Source: Macrostomum lignano (lineage: Eukaryota). Taken from it: a DNA stretch of 64,000 nucleotides. This document shows positions 20,286 through 49,856 of this stretch, piece after piece. The notes under the pieces were generated by a model. That model was given only the letters and a program-made list of their open reading frames with translations. It had not been told where the DNA came from and did no database searches. Made by a program: the position numbers and the translations under genes. The stretch lies in contig NIVC01000449.1 of the NCBI GenBank assembly GCA_002269645.1, positions 1 through 64,000 of the forward strand, read 5' to 3'. Each line of letters opens with the position of its first letter. Within the stretch, counting starts at the first letter, position 1.

Positions 20286-23200
20286 TCATTGTAAAATAAT
20301 TTCAGGCTCAGCCTTCGAAAAGCAACTTTGTTGAGAGTATCATTGGCTGGCTTGAGCTGAATATGGGTGCAAATTTTACTCGAATACAACTGGATAAGTC
20401 TGTGCTCAGATGCCGCAGTGACTCAGGAATCTCTGAGCCCTGTGATGCTGTCTGCATTGATATGATAGCTGATTTACTGTTATAGCTTTTTCCGGTCATT
20501 TTTATTGACTTTTTTAAACACTTCAAACTGAATTCAAATTGTGCTCAGCAATGTCTCTATGTCACTTTCTGCCGCACCGGCATTCTGCCTTCATTTTGCA
20601 CCAACCTTCGCCTTACATCTGCTTCATATCCACTCCCTCCAGCATCCTTCCATTCCCCTCTGCCTCCATCTCCCCCTCCCTCCATCTCCCATCTCCCTCC
20701 ATCTCCTCTCTTCCTCCATCTCTTCTCTCCCTCCATCTCCCCTCTCCCTCCATCTCCCCCTCCCTCCATCTCCTCTCTCCCTCCATCTCCCATCTCCCTC
20801 CATCTCCCATCTCCCTCCATCTCCCCCTCCCTCCATCTCCCCTCTCCCTCATCTCCCCTGTACCTCCTTCTCTTCTCTCCCTCCATCTCTCCTCTCCCTC
20901 CATATCCAGCCTCCCTCCATCTCCCCTCTCCCTCCATCTCTTCTCTCCCTCCATCTCTCCTCTCCCTTCATATCCAGCCTCCCTCCATCCCCCCTCTCCC
21001 TCCATCTCACTTCTCTCTCCATCTCCCCCTCCCTCCATCTCCCCTCTCCCTCCATCTTCCCTCTCCCTCCATCTCCCCTCTCCCTCCATCTCCCCTCTCC
21101 CTCCATCTCCCCTCTCCCTCCATCTCCCCTCTCCCTCCATTTCCCCTCTCCAGCTCCATCTCCCCTCTCCCTCCATCTCCCCTCTCCCTCCATCTCCCCT
21201 CTCCCTCCATCTCCCCTCTCCCTCCATCTTCCCTCTCCCTCCATCTCCCCTCTCCCTCCATCTCCCCTCTCCCTCCATCTCCCCTCTCCCTCCATCTCCC
21301 CATCCCTCCATCTCCCCTCCCTCCATCTCCCCTCCCTCCATCTCCCCCTCCCTCCATCTCCCCCTCCCACCATCTCCCATCTCCCTCCATCTCCCCCTCC
21401 CTCCATCTCCCATCTCCCTCCATCTCCCCCTCCCTCCATCTCCCATCTTCCTCCATCTCCCCTCTCCCTCCATCTCTTCTCTCCCTCCATCTCTCCTCTC
21501 CCTCAATCTCCCCCTCCCTCCATCTCCCCCTCCCTCCATCTCCCATCTCCCTCCATCTCCCCCTCCCTCCATCTCCCCTCCCTCCATCTCCCCCTCCCTC
21601 CATCTCCCCCTCCCTCCATCTCCCATCTCCCTCCATCTCCCCTCCCTCCATCTCCCATCTCCCTCCATCTCCCCCTCCCTCCATCTCCCATCTTCCTCCA
21701 TCTCCCCTCTCCCTCCATCTCCCATCTTCCTCCATCTCCATCTCCCTCCATCTCCTCTCTCCCTCCATCTCTTCTCTCCCTCCATCTCCCCTCTCCCTCC
21801 ATCTCCCCCTCCCTCCATCTCCCATCTCCCTCCATCTCCCCCTCCCTCCATCTCCCCCTCCCTCCATCTCCAATCTTCCTCCATCTCCTCTCTCCCTCCA
21901 TCTCCCATCTCCCTCCATCTCCTCTCTCCCTCCATCTCCCATCTCCCTCCATCTCCCATCTCCCTCCATCTCCTCTCTCCCTCCATCTCCCATCTCCCTC
22001 CATCTCCCCTCTCCCTCCATCTCCCATCTCCCTCCATCTTCCCTCTCCCTCCATCTCCCATCTCCCTCCATCTCCCATCTCCCTCCATCTCCCATCTCCC
22101 TCCATCTCCCCTCTCCCTCCATCTCCCCTCTCCCTCTCCATCTCCCGTCTCCCTCCATCTCCCATCTCACTCCATCTCCCCTCTCCCTCCATCTCCCGTC
22201 TCCCTCCATCTCCCCTCTCACTCCTGTAAAATATCATTGTAAAATAATTTCAGGCTCAGCCTTCGAAAAGCAACTTTGTTGAGAGTATCATTGGCTGGCT
22301 TGAGCTGAATATGGGTGCAAATTTTACTCGAATACAACTGGATAAGTCTGTGCTCAGATGCCGCAGTGACTCAGGAATCTCTGAGCCCTGTGATGCTGTC
22401 TGCATTGATATGATAGCTGATTTACTGTTATAGCTTTTTCCGGTCATTTTTATTGACTTTTTTAAACACTTCAAACTGAATTCAAATTGTGCTCAGCAAT
22501 GTCTCTATGTCACTTTCTGCCGCACCGGCATTCTGCCTTCATTTTGCACCAACCTTCGCCTTACATCTGCTTCATATCCACTCCCTCCAGCATCCTTCCA
22601 TTCCCCTCTGCCTCCATCTCCCCCTCCCTCCATCTCCCATCTCCCTCCATCTCCTCTCTCCCTCCATCTCTTCTCTCCCTCCATCTCCCCTCTCCCTCCA
22701 TCTCCCCCTCCCTCCATCTCCTCTCTCCCTCCATCTCCCATCTCCCTCCATCTCCCATCTCCCTCCATCTCCCCCTCCCTCCATCTCCCCTCTCCCTCAT
22801 CTCCCCTGTACCTCCTTCGCTTCTCTCCCTCCATCTCTCCTCTCCCTCCATATCCAGCCTCCCTCCATCTCCCTCTCCCTCCATCTCTTCTCTCCCTCCA
22901 TCTCTCCTCTCCCTTCATATCCAGCCTCCCTCCATCCCCCTCTCCCTCCATCTCACTTCTCTCTCCATCTCCCCTCCCTCCATCTCCCCTCTCCCTCCAT
23001 CTTCCCTCTCCCTCCATCTCCCCTCTCCCTCCATCTCCCCTCTCCCTCCATCTCCCCTCTCCCTCCATCTCCCCTCTCCCTCCATTTCCCCTCTCCAGCT
23101 CCATCTCCCCTCTCCCTCCATCTCCCCCTCCCTCCATCTCCCATCTCCCTCCATCTCCCCCTCCCTCCATCTCCCATCTTCCTCCATCTCCCCTCTCCCT

Positions 23201-24960
23201 CCATCTCCCATCTTCCTCCATCTCCCATCTCCCTCCATCTCCTCTCTCCCTCCATCTCTTCTCTCCCTCCATCTCCCCTCTCCCTCCATCTCCCCCTCCC
23301 TCCATCTCCCATCTCCCTCCATCTCCCCCTCCCTCCATCTCCCCCTCCCTCCATCTCCAATCTTCCTCCATCTCCTCTCTCCCTCCATCTCCCATCTCCC
23401 TCCATCTCCTCTCTCCCTCCATCTCCCATCTCCCTCCATCTCCCATCTCCCTCCATCTCCTCTCTCCCTCCATCTCCCATCTCCCTCCATCTCCCCTCTC
23501 CCTCCATCTCCCATCTCCCTCCATCTTCCCTCTCCCTCCATCTCCCATCTCCCTCCATCTCCCATCTCCCTCCATCTCCCATCTCCCTCCATCTCCCCTC
23601 TCCCTCCATCTCCCCTCTCCCTCTCCATCTCCCGTCTCCCTCCATCTCCCATCTCACTCCATCTCCCCTCTCCCTCCATCTCCCGTCTCCCTCCATCTCC
23701 CCTCTCACTCCTGTAAAATATCATTGTAAAATAATTTCAGGCTCAGCCTTCGAAAAGCAACTTTGTTGAGAGTATCATTGGCTGGCTTGAGCTGAATATG
23801 GGTGCAAATTTTACTCGAATACAACTGGATAAGTCTGTGCTCAGATGCCGCAGTGACTCAGGAATCTCTGAGCCCTGTGATGCTGTCTGCATTGATATGA
23901 TAGCTGATTTACTGTTATAGCTTTTTCCGGTCATTTTTATTGACTTTTTTAAACACTTCAAACTGAATTCAAATTGTGCTCAGCAATGTCTCTATGTCAC
24001 TTTCTGCCGCACCGGCATTCTGCCTTCATTTTGCACCAACCTTCGCCTTACATCTGCTTCATATCCACTCCCTCCAGCATCCTTCCATTCCCCTCTGCCT
24101 CCATCTCCCCCTCCCTCCATCTCTCCTCTCCCTCAATCTCCCCCTCCCTCCATCTCCCCTCCCTCCATCTCCCATCTCCCTCCATCTCCCCCTCCCTCCA
24201 TCTCCCCCTCCCTCCATCTCCAATCTTCCTCCATCTCCTCTCTCCCTCCATCTCCCATCTCCTCCATCTCCTCTCTCCTCCATCTCCCATCTCCCTCCAT
24301 CTCCCATCTCCCTCCATCTCCTCTCTCCTCCATCCCCATCTCCCTCCATCTCCCCTCTCCTCCATCTCCCATCTCCCTCCATCTTCCCTCTCCCTCCATC
24401 TCCCATCTCCCTCCATCTCCCATCTCCTCCATCTCCCATCTCCCTCCATCTCCCCTCTCCCTCCATCTCCCCTCTCCCTCTCCATCTCCCGTCTCCCTCC
24501 ATCTCCCATCTCACTCCATCTCCCCTCTCCCTCCATCTCCCGTCTCCCTCCATCTCCCCTCTCACTCCATCTCCCATCTCCCTCCATCTTTCTCTCCCTC
24601 CATCTCCCATCTCCCTCCATCTCCCATCTCCCTCCATCTCCCCTCTCCCTCCATCTCCCCTCTCCCTCCATCTCCCATCTCCCTCCATCTCCCCTCTCCC
24701 TTCATTCCCCTCTCCCTCCATCTCCCATCTCCCTCCATCTCCTCTCTCCCTCCATCTCCCATCTCCCTCCATCTCCTCTCTCCCTCCATCTCCCATCTAC
24801 CTCCATCTCTCCTCTCCCTCCATCTCCCCTCTCCCTCCATCTCCCCTCTCCCTCCATCTCCCATCTCCCTCCATCTCCCGTCTCCCTCCATCTCTTCTCT
24901 CTCTCCGTTTCCCCTCTCCCTTCATATTCAATTTTCCTGAATCTCCCATCTCCCCCTCCA
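20286..24960. repeat. Tandem triplication of a ~370-bp unique block plus a CCATCT/CCCTCT satellite (copies start at 20286, 22234 and 23721)
   Basis: An identical 72-aa ORF recurs at 20308, 22256 and 23743 (offsets 1948 and 1487). The satellite length differs per copy. Confidence 0.95.
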
Positions 24961-25539
24961 TCTTGATAACAACAGAAAAAACTATAACAGTTTGCTCTAA
25001 AAAGCCAATGCACTCAGCTAAGAAGGCTGTACGCAGTCCCAGCATCCAATAATGTTCATCACTATCGAACTCAACCATTCCGCACAAAACTGCTTCACCA
25101 ATGGGGTGAGTCTGCAACCAGTGCCTCCAGCTCTGAGCAGCCGTCACCCAGAGCAAGGGATTAATTTATGCCCATTTCTATGCATATAAATATGAATATG
25201 GCCAAGTATTGTACATGTATGAGTATAAAAACTTGCCAATACTTTTTGGCAGCTGTGTGCGAGTCTGAGAAGTTTGGGGAAAGAAAAAATCACCAAGCTG
25301 AGGAACTCAACTTTCTATAACTTTATAATATATACATACATATATATATATAAACTGCCTCGTCTGTGCATTTCACCGCCATCTGCATGCCAGCCATCTT
25401 TGCGCGCCTTCAGTGAGTCATGATTGCCGGCAAGATCAGCTGCCTGTTTCGGAACTGGCTGCAGAAATATCAGCCTGCACCTGAGCAGCATGGGGTGAGC
25501 GGCTCTCACGGCTGTTGTGGCTGCGACAGTGAGGTCTGC

Positions 25540-27215
25540 TGTCTTGCTGCCTCTCTTTCTCTCTGTCTCCCTGTCTCTCTGTCTCCCTGTCTCTCTGTCT
25601 CCCTCTCTCTCTGTCTCCCTGTCTCTCTGTCTCCCTCTCTCTCTCTCTGTCTGCCTCTCTCTGTCTCCCTCTCTCTCTCTGTCTGCCTCTCTCTGTCTCC
25701 CTCTTCTCTGTCTCCCTCTCTCTGTCTCCCTCTCTCTGTCTCCCTCTCTCTGTCTCCCTCTTCTCTGTCTCCCTCTCTCTGTCTCCCTCTCTCTGTCTCC
25801 CTCTCTCTGTCTCCCTCTCTCTCTGTCTCCCTCTCTCTGTCTCCCTCTCTCTCTCTCTGTCTCCCTCTCTCTCTCTCTGTCTCCCTCTCTCTCTGTCTCC
25901 CTCTCTCTGTCTCCCTCTCTCTGTCTCCCTGTCTCTCTGTCTCCCTCTCTCTGTCTCCCTCTCTCTGTCTCCCTCTCTCTGTCTCCCTCTCTCTGTCTCC
26001 CTCTCTCTGTCTCCCTCTCTCTGTCTCCCTCTCTCTCTCTCTGTCTCCCTCTCTCTCTGTCTCCCTCTCTCTGTCTCCCTCTTCTCTGTCTCCCTGTCTC
26101 TCTGTCTCCCTCTCTCTGTCTCCCTCTCTCTGTCTCCCTCTCTCTGTCTCCCTCTCTCTGTCTCCCTCTCTCTGTCTCCCTCTCTCTGTCTCCCTCTCTC
26201 TGTCTCCCTCTCTTTGTCTCCCTCTCTCTGTCTCCCTCTCTCTGTCTCCCTCTCTCTGTCTCCCTCTCTCTGTCTCCCTCTCTCTGTCTCCCTCTCTCTG
26301 TCTCCTCCTCTCTGTCTCCCTCTCTCTGTCTCCCTCTCTCTCTCTGTCTCCCTGTCTCTGTCTCCCTCTCTCTGTCTCCTCCTCTCTGTCTCCCTCTCTC
26401 TGTCTCCTCCTCTCTGTCTCCTCCTCTCTGTCTCCCTCTCTCTGTCTCCTCCTCTCTGTCTCCCTGTCTCTCTGTCTCCCTCTCTCTGTCTCCCTCTCTC
26501 TGTCTCCCTCTCTCTGTCTCCCTCTCTCTGTCTCCTCCTCTCTGTCTCCTCCTCTCTGTCTCCCTGTCTCTGTCTCCTCCTCTCTGTCTCCCTGTCTCTC
26601 TGTCTCCCTCTCTCTGTCTCCTCCTCTCTGTCTCCCTCTCTCTGTCTCCTCCTCTCTGTCTCCCTCTCTCTGTCTCCTCCTCTCTGTCTCCCTCTCTCTG
26701 TCTCCCTCTCTCTCTCTGTCTCCCTGTCTCTGTCTCCCTCTCTCTGTCTCCTCCTCTCTGTCTCCCTCTCTCTGTCTCCTCCTCTCTGTCTCCTCCTCTC
26801 TGTCTCCCTGTCTCTGTCTCCTCCTCTCTGTCTCCCTGTCTCTCTGTCTCCCTCTCTCTGTCTCCCTCTCTCTGTCTCCCTCTCTCTGTCTCCCTCTCTC
26901 TGTCTCCTCCTCTCTGTCTCCTCCTCTCTGTCTCCTCCTCTCTGTCTCCCTCTCTCTGTCTCCTCCTCTCTGTCTCCCTCTCTCTGTCTCCTCCTCTCTG
27001 TCTCCCTCTCTCTGTCTCCTCCTCTCTGTCTCCCTCTCTCTGTCTCCTCCTCTCTGTCTCCCTCTCTCTGTCTCCTCCTCTCTGTCTCCCTCTCTCTGTC
27101 TCCTCCTCTCTGTCTCCCTCTCTCTGTCTCCTCCTCTCTGTCTCCCTCTCTCTGTCTCCTCTCTGTCTCCCTCTCTCTGTCTCCTCCTCTCTGTCACCCT
27201 CTCTGTCCCCTGTCC
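25540..27215. repeat. Pyrimidine-rich satellite (ctctctgtctcc variants)
   Basis: Direct periodicity. It explains the 590-606 aa low-complexity ORFs. Confidence 0.95.
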
Positions 27216-27469
27216 CCTATCACCCTTTTCCAAAAACTGAATACTACGACTATATATACCGCTATAAAATTTTATTTGTATCATGAGAGCGAGAGATATA
27301 ATGAAAAGTAGCACTGCTTTTAGGACAGCCCTCGTAACTTTTATATTCCAAAATTCATCCAGAAATAAAAAAGTTGTATAGAATGAAAATTTTATTGCAC
27401 TACACTTTAAACTTTTATCATTTCGTGAATATCAGATTAACAATAATAAACTGAAAATAAGAAGAAGCC

Positions 27470-27810
27470 AACAAAAGAGAGGTAGACCGAAAAGAAGAGG
27501 TAAGCAGGAGAAGAGAGGTAGACAAGAGAGGAGAGGTAGACAGGAGAGGAGAGGTAGACAGGAGAGGAGAGGTAGACAGGAGAATATAGGTAGATAGGAG
27601 AAGAAAGGTAGACAAGAGAGGAGAGGTAGACAGGAGAAGAGAGGTAGACAAGAGAGGAGAGGTAGACAAGAGAAGAGAGGTAGATGAGAGAAGAGAGGTA
27701 GACAGTAGAGGAGAGGTAGACAGGAGAGGAGAGGTAGACAGTAGAGGAGAGGTAGACAGTAGAGGAGAGGTAGACAGTAGAGGAGAGGTAGACAGGAGAG
27801 GAGAGGTAGA
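27470..27810. repeat. 18-bp minisatellite (gaggtagacaggagagga)
   Basis: Direct periodicity. Confidence 0.93.
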
Positions 27811-28328
27811 CATGTGACACAACAAGCCTCCTCACACAGCATTTCAATCCAGTTCAACTCGCACGCCCTTCAGTCTCAAACTCGAACTACAAAGCAGCAG
27901 CAGCAACTCACGCATGTTTTTCAAGCTATATTCCGGATCCCGGATGCCTCAGGATTATTAGTATTTAGACTGGCCATATTGAACTGCAGTTAATGGGGGC
28001 CACCGAATGTCAGACCTAATGGACTGAGTGAGTTGTGACTGCGGATTACTGCTAAAATGCAGAAGTGCTCAGAATACGAGCGTAGATGGACTCAATGAAA
28101 CCTCTGCTGGAGTTGGGGGAGAGAGTTATAAAATAAACTGCTCACGAGGCATCTCAGGAACTTGGAAATGATTGCTTTTTAGGAGAAAAGTAAACTGCAA
28201 TTTGGAGAATTTTAAATACGAATAAAGAGAGAGAGAGCTGTTAAACAAAGAGGGGAAGTGAAGACAAAGAAGGGGAAAGTGGGACGATAGAGGGTGCCTA
28301 GACAGAATACAGAGTGAGCAGCGATAAG

Positions 28329-29325
28329 CCAGCCTCCCAGATCCTCAGTTGCTGGGCCAGCCTCCCAGATCCTCAGTTGCTGGGCCAGCCTCCCAGATCC
28401 TCAGTTGCTAGGCCAGCCTCCCAGATCCCCAGTTTCTGGGTCAGCCTCCAGATCCCCAGTTTCTGGGTCAGCCTCCAGATCCTCAGTTGCTGGGTCAGCC
28501 TCCTAGATCCTCAGTTGCTGGGTCAGCCTCCCACATCCTCAGTTGCTGGGTCAGCCTCCAGATCCTCAGTTGCTGGGCCAGCCTCCAGATCCTCAGTTGC
28601 TGGGTCAGCCTCCAGATCCTCAGTTGCTGGGTCAGCCTCCTAGATCCTCAGTTGCTGGGCCAGCCTAGCAGATCCTCAGTTGCTGGGTCAGCCTCCCAGA
28701 TCCTCAGTTGCTGGGTCAGCCTCCCAGATCCTCAGTTGCTGGGCCACCAGCCTCCCAGATCCTCAGTTGCTGGGTCAGCCTCCAGATCCTCAGTTGCTGG
28801 GCCAGCCTCCAGATCCTCAGTTGCTGGGCCACCAGCCTCCCACATCCTCAGTTGCTGGGTCAGCCTCCAGATCCTCAGTTGCTGGGCCAGCCTCCAGATC
28901 CTCAGTTGCTGGGTCAGCCTCCAGATCCTCAGTTGCTGGGTCAGCCTCCTAGATCCTCAGTTGCTGGGCCAGCCTAGCAGATCCTCAGTTGCTGGGTCAG
29001 CCTCCCAGATCCTCAGTTGCTGGGTCAGCCTCCTAGATCCTCAGTTGCTGGGTCAGCCTCCCAGATCCTCAGTTGCTGGGCCAGCCTCCCAGAGTGTCAG
29101 TTGCTGGGCCAGCCTCCCAGATCCTCAGTTGCTGGGCCAGCCTCCCAGAGTGTCAGTTGCAGGGCCAGCCTCCCAGATCCTCAGTTGCTCGGCCACCAGC
29201 CTCCAGGATCCTCAGTTGCTCGGCCACCAGCCTCCAGGATCCTCAGTGCTCGGCCACCAGCCTCCAGGATCCTCAGTTGCTCGGCCACCAGCCTCCAAGA
29301 TCCTCAGTTGCTGGGTCAGCCTCCC
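28329..29325. repeat. ~27-31-bp minisatellite (cagcctcccagatcctcagttgctggg variants)
   Basis: Direct periodicity with indel variants. Confidence 0.93.
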
Positions 29326-30065
29326 AGACCCTCGCGTGTCTAAAGGTCACTCTTTTAAGGACCTTCAAAAGAGCATTGATTGCTTTTCATTTAATGTTTA
29401 CACAATAAATTTCCTTAACCACAAACCCAATTCTAATTTTGCCAGAAAGCAGTTTTCAATCTCAGGCATCACTCCAAGCCCAATTAACAATTCCTCGCTT
29501 TTAGAGGCCTTCCAGAAAAAAACAGGATTTTCTAGTAGCCATCTTCAGTGTTCTTCTCTGCTTTTCCTCCTAGCTGTCCGACAGAAGACTGATGAAGAGC
29601 CGAATGCTTGTTGAACGCTTGGCATACCGAAAATTTCTCATTTTTTTCGTAATGAACAGCCAAGACTGCTGGCATAGTTAGTGGCTATTAAGTAAACATC
29701 TGGGAATTTCTCCCAAAATCAGATCGATGCAGACTCGTGCTCCAGTCTATGATCATCTGCTCCCAGTATTTTTGGCACACAGAGCAACTGCATGTATTCA
29801 TTCTAGCATGCACTTAATAGTGTGTGGTGTGCGGTGTGTGCTTTCGCTCTGGGTTCCTCTTTTCATTCTGCAGACTCTTTAATTGATCTACGAGTACATT
29901 CTGACAAGAATCTTTTCCTGTCACTCTGCATCTTATTTCATCACTCTGTATTCTCTTTATTCACTCAGAATCATCTTTTGTCACTCAGCGACCCCCTGTT
30001 TCACACACTACCGTAAATTGTCTTGTAACTCTCCAGCCTCTCAAGCCTCTCGTTCTATTCTTTCT

Positions 30066-30915
30066 GGTCACTCCCATTCTTTCTGGTCACTCTCAATTCT
30101 CTCTGGTCACTCTAAATTCTCTCTGGTCACTCTCAATTCTCTCTAGTCACTCTCCGTTTGCTCTTGTCACTCTCAATTCTCTCTAGTCACTCTCTATTCT
30201 CTCTGATCACTCTCTATTCTCTCTGGTCACTCTCTATTCTCTCTTCTCACTCTCAATTCTCTCTAGTCACTCTCAGTTTGCTCTTGTCACTCTCTATTCT
30301 CTCTAGTCACTCTCTGTTCTCTCTAGTCACTCTCAATTCTCTCTGATCACTCTCTATTCTCTCTGGTCACTCTCTATTCTCTCTTCTCACTCTCAATTCT
30401 CTCTAGTCACTCTCAGTTTGCTCTTGTCACTCTCAATTCTCTCTGGTCACTCTCAATTCTCTCTTGTCACTCTCTATTCTCTCTAGTCACTCTTTATCCT
30501 CTCTGGTCACTCTCTATTCTCTCTAGTCACTCTCTATTCTCTCTAGTCACTCTCTGTTCTCTCTAGTCACTCTCAATTCTCTCTGATCACTCTCTATTCT
30601 CTCTGGTCACTCTCTATTCTCTCTTCTCACTCTCAATTCTCTCTAGTCACTCTCAGTTTGCTCTTGTCACTCTCAATTCTCTCTGGTCACTCTCAATTCT
30701 CTCTTGTCACTCTCTATTCTCTCTAGTCACTCTTTATCCTCTCTGGTCACTCTCTATTCTCTCTAGTCACTCTCTATTCTCTCTAGTCACTCTCTATCCT
30801 CTCTAGTCACTCTCTATTCTCTCTTCTCAGTCTCTATTCTAGCTCTGCCTACTCTCCATTCTTTCTGGTCTCCACCGAACAACCCTGCTCACTCTCTGTT
30901 CTCTATAGTCACTCT
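30066..30915. repeat. 20-bp minisatellite (tcactctcaattctctctgg variants)
   Basis: Direct periodicity. Confidence 0.93.
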
Positions 30916-30976
30916 CCATTCTCAACCCAATTGCTCAAAATCTGTCATTTGTCTTTCCGCCCCCCCCCTTCAACAG

Positions 30977-46209
<15,233 letters not shown>

Positions 46210-46211
46210 GT

Positions 46212-46745
46212 GGGTTCTTGTCTACTTCTCACCCTGTGTCCTCTTGGTTCCTGCCTACTTCTCACCCTGTGTCCTCTTGGTTCCTGCCTATTTCTCACCC
46301 CTGTGTTCTCTTGGTTCGTGTCTACTTCTCACCCCTGTGTTCTCTTGGTTCCTATCTACTCCTCACCCCTGTGTCTAATTGTTCATTGTCTACTTCTCAC
46401 CCCTGTGTCCTCTTGGTTCTTGTATACTTCTCACCCCCTGTGTTCTCTTGGTTCGTGTCTACTTCTCACCCCCGTGTCCAATTGGTTATTGTCTACTTCT
46501 CACCCCTGTGTTCTCTTGGTTCCTATCTACTCCTCACCCCTGTGTCTAATTGGTCATTGTCTACTTCTCACCCCTGTGTCTAATTGGTCATTGTCTACTC
46601 CTCACCCCTGTGTCTAATTGGTCATTGTCTACTCCTCACCCCTGTGTCCTCTTGGTTCTTGTATACTTCTCACCCCCTGTGTTCTCTTGGTTCGTGTCTA
46701 CTTCTCACCCCCGTGTCCAATTGGTTATTGTCTACTTCTCAACCC
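46212..46745. repeat. ~33-35-bp minisatellite (gtctacttctcacccctgtg...) starting at a splice donor
   Basis: Direct periodicity. Confidence 0.9.
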
Positions 46746-47494
46746 AGTCTCTTTACCCTCTGTCTCAATCTCACCTTTCTGTCTCCCTCTTTGTCTCCCT
46801 CTCACTTTTCTGCCTCCCTCTCACCCCTCTAGTTCCCCTCACCTGTCTCTATTAGAATCAAACCATTTCTAATGTCCTTCTTAGATGCACTTTCACTACT
46901 GAAGATGACATGTCGGAGTAGAATGATTATTGCAGATAATAAAATCAATTAATCGCAAAAGACACACACAGCAACCGCTACCAGAGCTGCATACTTTAAG
47001 GCTTCCGGCCCTGCACAGAGCATTATATAATAATTCCTTTTAGCCATCGCCCAGCTATATGAGGCTATAGGGTAAGCCTTAAGGCCGTTTGCAATTAATT
47101 AATTTGCATAATTATCTTTCTAACCTAGCTGGTAGACCGCCCCTCCCCTCCCCACCGTCCTCTCCAGTTCCTCCATACCGCCTTTCATTTTCTTCCCCAA
47201 CCCGCTTCCCTGCTCAGCTGGTGAGTTCATCTCACTGTTTTCCCTTGGCTCCAGATGGGGATCGATAACTCAGTCTACAGGGGGGGGGGGGCTTTCTCTA
47301 GTGGACTCGGTTGCCAATGGCTCGGATGCCGCTGGATAAAATGGTTGCGGGGATTATTAATATGGGGAAGAATTGGAAGTTGGGAAAGTTTGCATCGGTG
47401 AGCATACTTTGAGGGAGCGCACTGTTTTATTGTTTGTTGGGAAGAAATTTATTTATTCTCCTTCATAGCAACCTTGATTCTGACTCCATATATG

Positions 47495-49856
47495 TCTGAC
47501 ACAGTTTATCTGACTCTCATCCAATACTCTGACACAGTTTATCTGACTCTCTCATCCAATAGTCTCTGACACAGTTTATCTGACTCTCTCATCCAATAGT
47601 CTCTGACACAGTTTATCTGACTCTCTCATCCAATAGTCTCTGACACAGTTTATCTGACTCTCTCATCCAATAGTCTCTGACACAGTTTATCTGACTCTCT
47701 CATCCAATAGTCTCTGACACCGTTTATCTGACTCTCTCATCCAATAGTCTCTGACACAGTTTATCTGAGTCTCATCCAATAGTCTCTGACACAGTTTATC
47801 TGACTCTCTCATCCAATAGTCTCTGACACAGTTTATCTGAGTCTCATCCAATAGTCTCTGACACAGTTTATCTGACTCTCATCCAATAGTCTCTGACACA
47901 GTTTATCTGACTCTCTCATCCAATAGTCTCTGACACAGTTTATCTGACTCTCTCATCCAATTAGTCTCTGACACAGTTTATCTGACTCTCTCATCCAATT
48001 AGTCTCTGACACAGTTTATCTGACTCTCATCCAATTAGTCTCTGACACAGTTTATCTGACTCTCATCCAATAGTCTCTGACACAGTTTATCTGACTCTCT
48101 CATCCAGTTAGTCTCTGACACAGTTTATCTGACTCTCTTATCCTGTTAGTGTCTGACACAGTTTATCTGACTCTCTCATCCAATTAGTCTCTGACACAGT
48201 TTATCTGACTCTCTTATCCAGTTAGTGTCTGACACAGTTTATCTAACTCTCTCATCCAGTTAGTGTCTGACACAGTTTATCTGACTCTCTTATCCAGTTA
48301 GTCTCTGACACAGTTTATCTAACTCTCTCATCCAGTTAGTGTCTGACACAGTTTATCTGACTCTCTCATCCAGTTAGTCTCTGACACAGTTTATCTGACT
48401 CTCTCATCCAGTTAGTCTCTGACACAGTTTATCTGACTCTCTCATCCAATTAGTCTCTGACACAGTTTATCTGACTCTCTCATCCAATAGTCTCTGACAC
48501 AGTTTATCTGACTCTCTCATCCAATTAGTCTCTGACACAGTTTATCTGACTCTCTCATCCAATTAGTCTCTGACACAGTTTATCTGACTCTCATCCAATA
48601 GTCTCTGACACAGTTTATCTGACTCTCTCATCCAATAGTCTCTGACACAGTTTATCTGACTCTCTCATCCAATAGTCTCTGACACAGTTTATCTGACTCT
48701 CTCATCCAGTTAGTCTCTGACACAGTTTATCTGACTCTCTCATCCAATTAGTCTCTGACACAGTTTATCTGACTCTCTCATCCAATTAGTCTCTGACACA
48801 GTTTATCTGACTCTCTCATCCAATAGTCTCTGACACAGTTTATCTGACTCTCTCATCCAGTTAGTCTCTGACACAGTTTATCTGACTCTCTCATCCAATA
48901 GTCTCTGACACAGTTTATCTGACTCTCTCATCCAATAGTCTCTGACACAGTTTATCTGACTCTCTCATCCAATAGTCTCTGACACAGTTTATCTGACTCT
49001 CTCATCCAATTAGTCTCTGACACAGTTTATCTGACTCTCTCATCCAATTAGTCTCTGACACAGTTTATCTGACTCTCATCCAATTAGTCTCTGACACAGT
49101 TTATCTGACTCTCATCCAATAGTCTCTGACACAGTTTATCTGACTCTCTCATCCAGTTAGTCTCTGACACAGTTTATCTGACTCTCTCATCCAATTAGTC
49201 TCTGACACAGTTTATCTGACTCTCATCCAATAGTCTCTGACACAGTTTATCTGACTCTCTCATCCAATTAGTCTCTGACACAGTTTATCTGACTCTCTCA
49301 TCCAATTAGTCTCTGACACAGTTTATCTGACTCTCTCATCCAATTAGTCTCTGACACAGTTTATCTGACTCTCTCATCCAATAGTCTCTGACACAGTTTA
49401 TCTGACTCTCTCATCCAATTAGTCTCTGACACAGTTTATCTGACTCTCTCATCCAATTAGTCTCTGACACAGTTTATCTGACTCTCATCCAATTAGTCTC
49501 TGACACAGTTTATCTGACTCTCATCCAATAGTCTCTGACACAGTTTATCTGACTCTCTTATCCAGTTAGTGTCTGACACAGTTTATCTAACTCTCTCATC
49601 CAGTTAGTCTCTGACACAGTTTATCTGACTCTCATCCAATTAGTCTCTGACACAGTTTATCTGACTCTCTTATCCAGTTAGTGTCTGACACAGTTTATCT
49701 GACTCTCTTATCCAGTTAGTGTCTGACACAGTTTATCTAACTCTCTCATCCAGTTAGTCTCTGACACAGTTTATCTGACTCTCTCATCCAATTAGTCTCT
49801 GACACAGTTTATCTGACTCTCTTATCCAGTTAGTGTCTGACACAGTTTATCTGAGT
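47495..49856. repeat. 35-38-bp minisatellite (ctgacacagtttatctgactctctcatccaatagtct), ~63 copies
   Basis: Direct periodicity. Confidence 0.96.

Noticed and set aside
20539-27314. Very long ORFs (350-606 aa) rich in P/S/L or G/E/R
   Set aside because: They are open in several frames on both strands because they translate CT/GA satellites lacking stop codons. The same applies to ORFs over the other arrays.
29589-29640. Second hammerhead core (CTGATGA)
   Set aside because: No GAAA box follows a closable stem II.
46996-47082. TTAA-flanked 79-bp Kolobok/piggyBac-like mini element
   Set aside because: Only 5 bp of terminal complementarity beyond TTAA, which is compatible with chance.
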